A stretch of DNA of 64,000 nt from Candidatus Tenderia sp. (GTDB lineage: Bacteria; Pseudomonadota; Gammaproteobacteria; Tenderiales; Tenderiaceae). The position numbers were made by a program, and so were the translations under genes. Location of the stretch: contig JANOSY010000017.1 of NCBI GenBank assembly GCA_031416075.1, positions 135,388 through 199,387 on the forward strand, written 5' to 3'. The notes under the pieces are model-generated. The model was given only the letters and a program-made list of their open reading frames with translations, ran no database searches and was not told the DNA's origin. Of this stretch, positions 61,104 to 64,000 are shown in pieces (position 1 is the first letter of the stretch; each line of letters starts with the position of its first letter).

Positions 61104-63143
61104 CTATGCTGCTAAACCGCTATGGCGCAACAGCGCATCGATATTTGGCTCCCGGCCACGGAATTCAACAAACAGATCCATCGGCTCCCGTGAACCACCT
61201 TGCTCCAGCACTGTAGTCAAAAATTTCAAACCCGTCTCTCTATCAAAAATACCATTCTCTTCAAAAGCAGAAAAAGCATCGGCAGAGAGCACTTCAGCCC
61301 ATTTATAACTGTAATAACCCGCCGCGTAACCGCCGGCAAAGATGTGGGAAAAGCTGTGTGGGAAACGGTTGAACGAAGGTGGATTAAGTACCGCTACCTG
61401 CTTGCGCACCTCCTCAAGAATTTCGTAAACCCGGCCACCACGGTCAGGGGTATATTCCAGGTGCATCCTGAAATCAAAAATCGAAAACTCAAGCTGCCGC
61501 ACCATCTGCATCGCTGACTGAAAGTTCTTCGCTGCAATCATCTTATTAAAAAGTAGATCGGGCAGCGGTTCACCATTTTTATAATGACTTGAGATCAGAT
61601 CCAGCGCCTCTCGCTGCCAGCACCAGTTCTCCATAAACTGGCTTGGCAGCTCCACCGCATCCCAGGGCACGCCACCGATCCCGGCAACGCTGGGGTAGTT
61701 CACCTGTGTCAGCATGTGGTGCAAGCCATGACCAAACTCATGGAACATGGTCAGCACTTCGTCATGGGTGAAGAGCGCCGGATCACTGCCGATGGCGGGT
61801 GAGAAGTTACAGATCAGATACGCAACCGGTGCCTGCACGCCCTTGGCCGTGACCATGCGGGTCAGGCAATCATCCATCCAGGCACCACCACGTTTATGCG
61901 GACGTGCATGTAAATCAAAATAGAAACTGCCACGCAGTGTGCCCTTGGCATCATGGATTTCAAAGAAACGCACATCTTTATGCCAGACATCAACATCCAT
62001 ACGCTCCGCAATGGTCACGCCATACAGGCGATTGACCACTGCAAACATTCCGTTAAGCACTTTGCTCTCAGGAAAGTAGGGCTTCAACTCCTCCTGGCTG
62101 ATGGCATATTTGTGCTGCTGGAGTTTTTCTGAATAGTAGGTAACGTCCCACGACTCCAGCTGCGCCAGACCGTGCTGTTCTTTGGCAAAGGCACGCAACT
62201 CATCCAGCTCATTTTTAGCCATAGGCAAAGCGCGCTCCGCCAAATCATTTAAAAACGTCAACACCTGATCGGTACTCTGCGCCATCTTGGTGGCCAGTGA
62301 ATATTCAGAGTAATTTTTAAAGCCCAGAAGCTGCGCCTCTTCATGACGCAGCGCCAAAATCTGCTCCATCACCGGTGTGTTGTCCCACTGCCCCGCATGC
62401 GGCCCCTCATCCGAAGCCCGTGTGGCAAAAGCAGTATAGACATCACGACGCAACTCACGATCATCGGCGTAGGTCATCACCGGCAGATAGGAAGGATATT
62501 CAAGATTAAAGACCCAACCATCCATCTCTTCACGCTCAGCAATCTGTTTTGCCATACCGAGCGCTGACTCAGGCAGACCACTCAGACGTGCCTCGTCAGT
62601 AATCTGAATCTTCCAGGCGTTGGTCGCGTCGAGTACGTTCTCGCCGTATTTGCTGGTAAGGCTGGATAGCTCTTGAGCAATCTCTTTGTAACGTGCCTTT
62701 TTGTCGGCGGGCAGACCGATGCCGGAGAGTTTAAAATCACGCAGGGCATTATCGATGATCTTCTTTTGCGCCACGTTCAGTGTTTTGTACTCCGCACTGG
62801 CAGCAATCTGGGTAAAGGCGTTAAAGAGCCCCTCGTGCTGGCCCATCTCGGTGCCGTAATCACTCAGTTTTGGCAGGCAGGCGTTGTAAGCGGCGCGCAA
62901 CTCATCACTGTTAAGCACCGAATTCATGTGGCTCACCGGCGACCAGATACGGCCAATACGCTCATCCACCTCCTCCAGCGGCTGCACCAGGTTATCCCAT
63001 GTGTATTCGCTGTTGGCCGCCAGCAGCGCAGCAACCGCCTCACGGCTCTGCGCCAGCAGTGCATCGAGCGCCGGTTCGACATGCTCAGGTTTGATCAGGG
63101 AAAAGGGTGGCAGACCTGCCATCTCCAGCAGTGGATTAGTCAT
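61104..63143 (-). CDS. prlC: Oligopeptidase A (M3 family)
   Basis: MTNPLL, KRGGAWM, FHEFGHGLH, VELPSQ, YYSYKWAEVL, FRGREP.IDALLRHSG. Confidence 0.98.
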   Translation of the reverse strand: MTNPLLEMAGLPPFSLIKPEHVEPALDALLAQSREAVAALLAANSEYTWDNLVQPLEEVDERIGRIWSPVSHMNSVLNSDELRAAYNACLPKLSDYGTEMGQHEGLFNAFTQIAASAEYKTLNVAQKKIIDNALRDFKLSGIGLPADKKARYKEIAQELSSLTSKYGENVLDATNAWKIQITDEARLSGLPESALGMAKQIAEREEMDGWVFNLEYPSYLPVMTYADDRELRRDVYTAFATRASDEGPHAGQWDNTPVMEQILALRHEEAQLLGFKNYSEYSLATKMAQSTDQVLTFLNDLAERALPMAKNELDELRAFAKEQHGLAQLESWDVTYYSEKLQQHKYAISQEELKPYFPESKVLNGMFAVVNRLYGVTIAERMDVDVWHKDVRFFEIHDAKGTLRGSFYFDLHARPHKRGGAWMDDCLTRMVTAKGVQAPVAYLICNFSPAIGSDPALFTHDEVLTMFHEFGHGLHHMLTQVNYPSVAGIGGVPWDAVELPSQFMENWCWQREALDLISSHYKNGEPLPDLLFNKMIAAKNFQSAMQMVRQLEFSIFDFRMHLEYTPDRGGRVYEILEEVRKQVAVLNPPSFNRFPHSFSHIFAGGYAAGYYSYKWAEVLSADAFSAFEENGIFDRETGLKFLTTVLEQGGSREPMDLFVEFRGREPNIDALLRHSGLAA

Positions 63144-63263
63144 GACAATGGATTCCTTTAGTGAAGATAAAACGTGGCCAAACTTTACCACATTCGCCGA
63201 AGGTGATGATGCCCAGCTTCGACGCAATCACCAGGACAAACACACCGGCAACACCAAACAAGC

Positions 63264-63290
63264 CCGTTCGCCCTGAGCCTGTCGAAGGGC
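63264..63290. repeat. REP-like palindrome of the GIY-YIG-associated family
   Basis: CCGTTCGCCCTGAGCCTGTCGAAGGGC, nearly identical to 4245-4271. Confidence 0.85.
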
Positions 63291-63302
63291 TAGTGATGTA
63301 AC

Positions 63303-63407
63303 CTATAAGCAGTTCCGCGTGGGCACAAAAAACGTGCCCACCCTACGTGGCTTCCTATTTAAACGCCACACCTGCCGTTTAAAGGCATCTGAGTAGTTGA
63401 CGTTCAC
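63303..63407 (-). pseudogene. N-terminal remnant of a RelE/ParE/HigB-type toxin, truncated at a REP
   Basis: GTG 2 bp after the upstream stop gives VNVNYSDAFKRQVWRLNRK, then REP-derived sequence and a stop. Confidence 0.6.
63316..63346 (-). repeat. GTAG-type REP
   Basis: Minus strand GTAGGGTGGGCACG-TTTTTT-GTGCCCACGCG. Confidence 0.85.
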
Positions 63408-63409
63408 GA

Positions 63410-63640
63410 TTAGTCAGCGTCGGTGCCATCCCAGAGAGTATCAACCGAGCGAGTCCGGCCTGCCTTTACATCGCACCATCCGTCACGGAAAGCATCCTCC
63501 GCACTGGGCCAAGGCTCATCCTCTTCGATCCCCTCACGGAACGAGTGCACCAACCGCAGCAGTAACGCCCGATAGCGCTCTGGCGTTTGGTCGATCTCAG
63601 CGTGGAGCTGTTGGGTGATGTTTTTGTTGTCCGTGGCCAT
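63410..63640 (-). CDS. Putative type II antitoxin
   Basis: 76-aa acidic protein with C-terminal [22 protein letters not shown], directly upstream of the toxin remnant. Confidence 0.6.
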   Translation of the reverse strand: MATDNKNITQQLHAEIDQTPERYRALLLRLVHSFREGIEEDEPWPSAEDAFRDGWCDVKAGRTRSVDTLWDGTDAD

Positions 63641-63747
63641 AACAGATTACCTCGTTGTCTATTTCGCCATGTTATCAGTTATCGGCATCTAAACCGAAGG
63701 CATGGATGAGGCTGTTTAAGGTGTTGTAGCGCCGTAGATACCTTGTT

Positions 63748-63882
63748 CGTGTGCACGCCTTTTATACCCACGCAGCCAACACCCTACTAATCATTCACCA
63801 CACACATTATCACCGGTCGTGGTGATGGTGCATGGAATGCACCTTACTTGGCTACAGACCGCGTGCGCACAGCGCACCCTAA
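63748..63882. repeat. Cluster of degenerate GTAG-type REPs
   Basis: CGTGTGCACG...ACCCACGC and ACCCTAC (63748-63787), TGGTGCATGGAATGCACCTTAC (63826-63847), CGCGTGCGCACAGCGCACCCTAA (63860-63882). Confidence 0.65.
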
Positions 63883-63972
63883 TGAAATGGACTCCTCCCA
63901 TCTTCAAACGGCATCATGGTGTGCCAAGCGGGTGAGTCGGTCATCGGCCAAACGAGAGAGAGGGAATCCGAT

Positions 63973-64000
63973 ATGAAACATAACGCAGTCGTCGTTGGAT
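63973..64000 (+). CDS. Possible start of a gene running off the window (MKHNAVVVG...)
   Basis: ATG preceded by purine-rich GAGAGGGAA; too short to identify. Confidence 0.35.

Overview
Gammaproteobacterial chromosomal backbone, probably from an environmental and possibly chemolithotrophic organism (inference). It contains the urease operon (partial ureD, then ureABCEFG), amgK divergent from lptD-surA-pdxA-rsmA, glyQS-gmhB-plsC, a ThiI/TtcA-like sulfurtransferase with TusA, glnA-glnL-glnG-trmL, cyaA-lptM-lysA, argH, algZR-hemCDXY, hslO, ubiD and prlC. I found no rRNA, tRNA, CRISPR array, transposase or integrase. Many gaps between core genes hold single accessory genes: GNATs, a GIY-YIG nuclease, SRPBCC, TerC, DUF2059, GFA, an RCC1-repeat lipoprotein, PEP-CTERM and GlyGly-CTERM proteins, a delta-class carbonic anhydrase, and a toxin-antitoxin relic. 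The gaps also hold REP/MITE elements of several families. The most unusual signal is that these invaded gaps repeatedly contain short (15-45 bp) degenerate copies of the neighbouring core gene's own 3' or 5' end. There are about five tandem copies of the ureE end beside a REP-flanked GIY-YIG gene, plus echoes of the ureB, ureF, amgK, ubiD and prlC ends. This suggests a recurrent, integrase-independent way of adding cargo at gene termini. All of these alignments were made by eye and need statistical testing.
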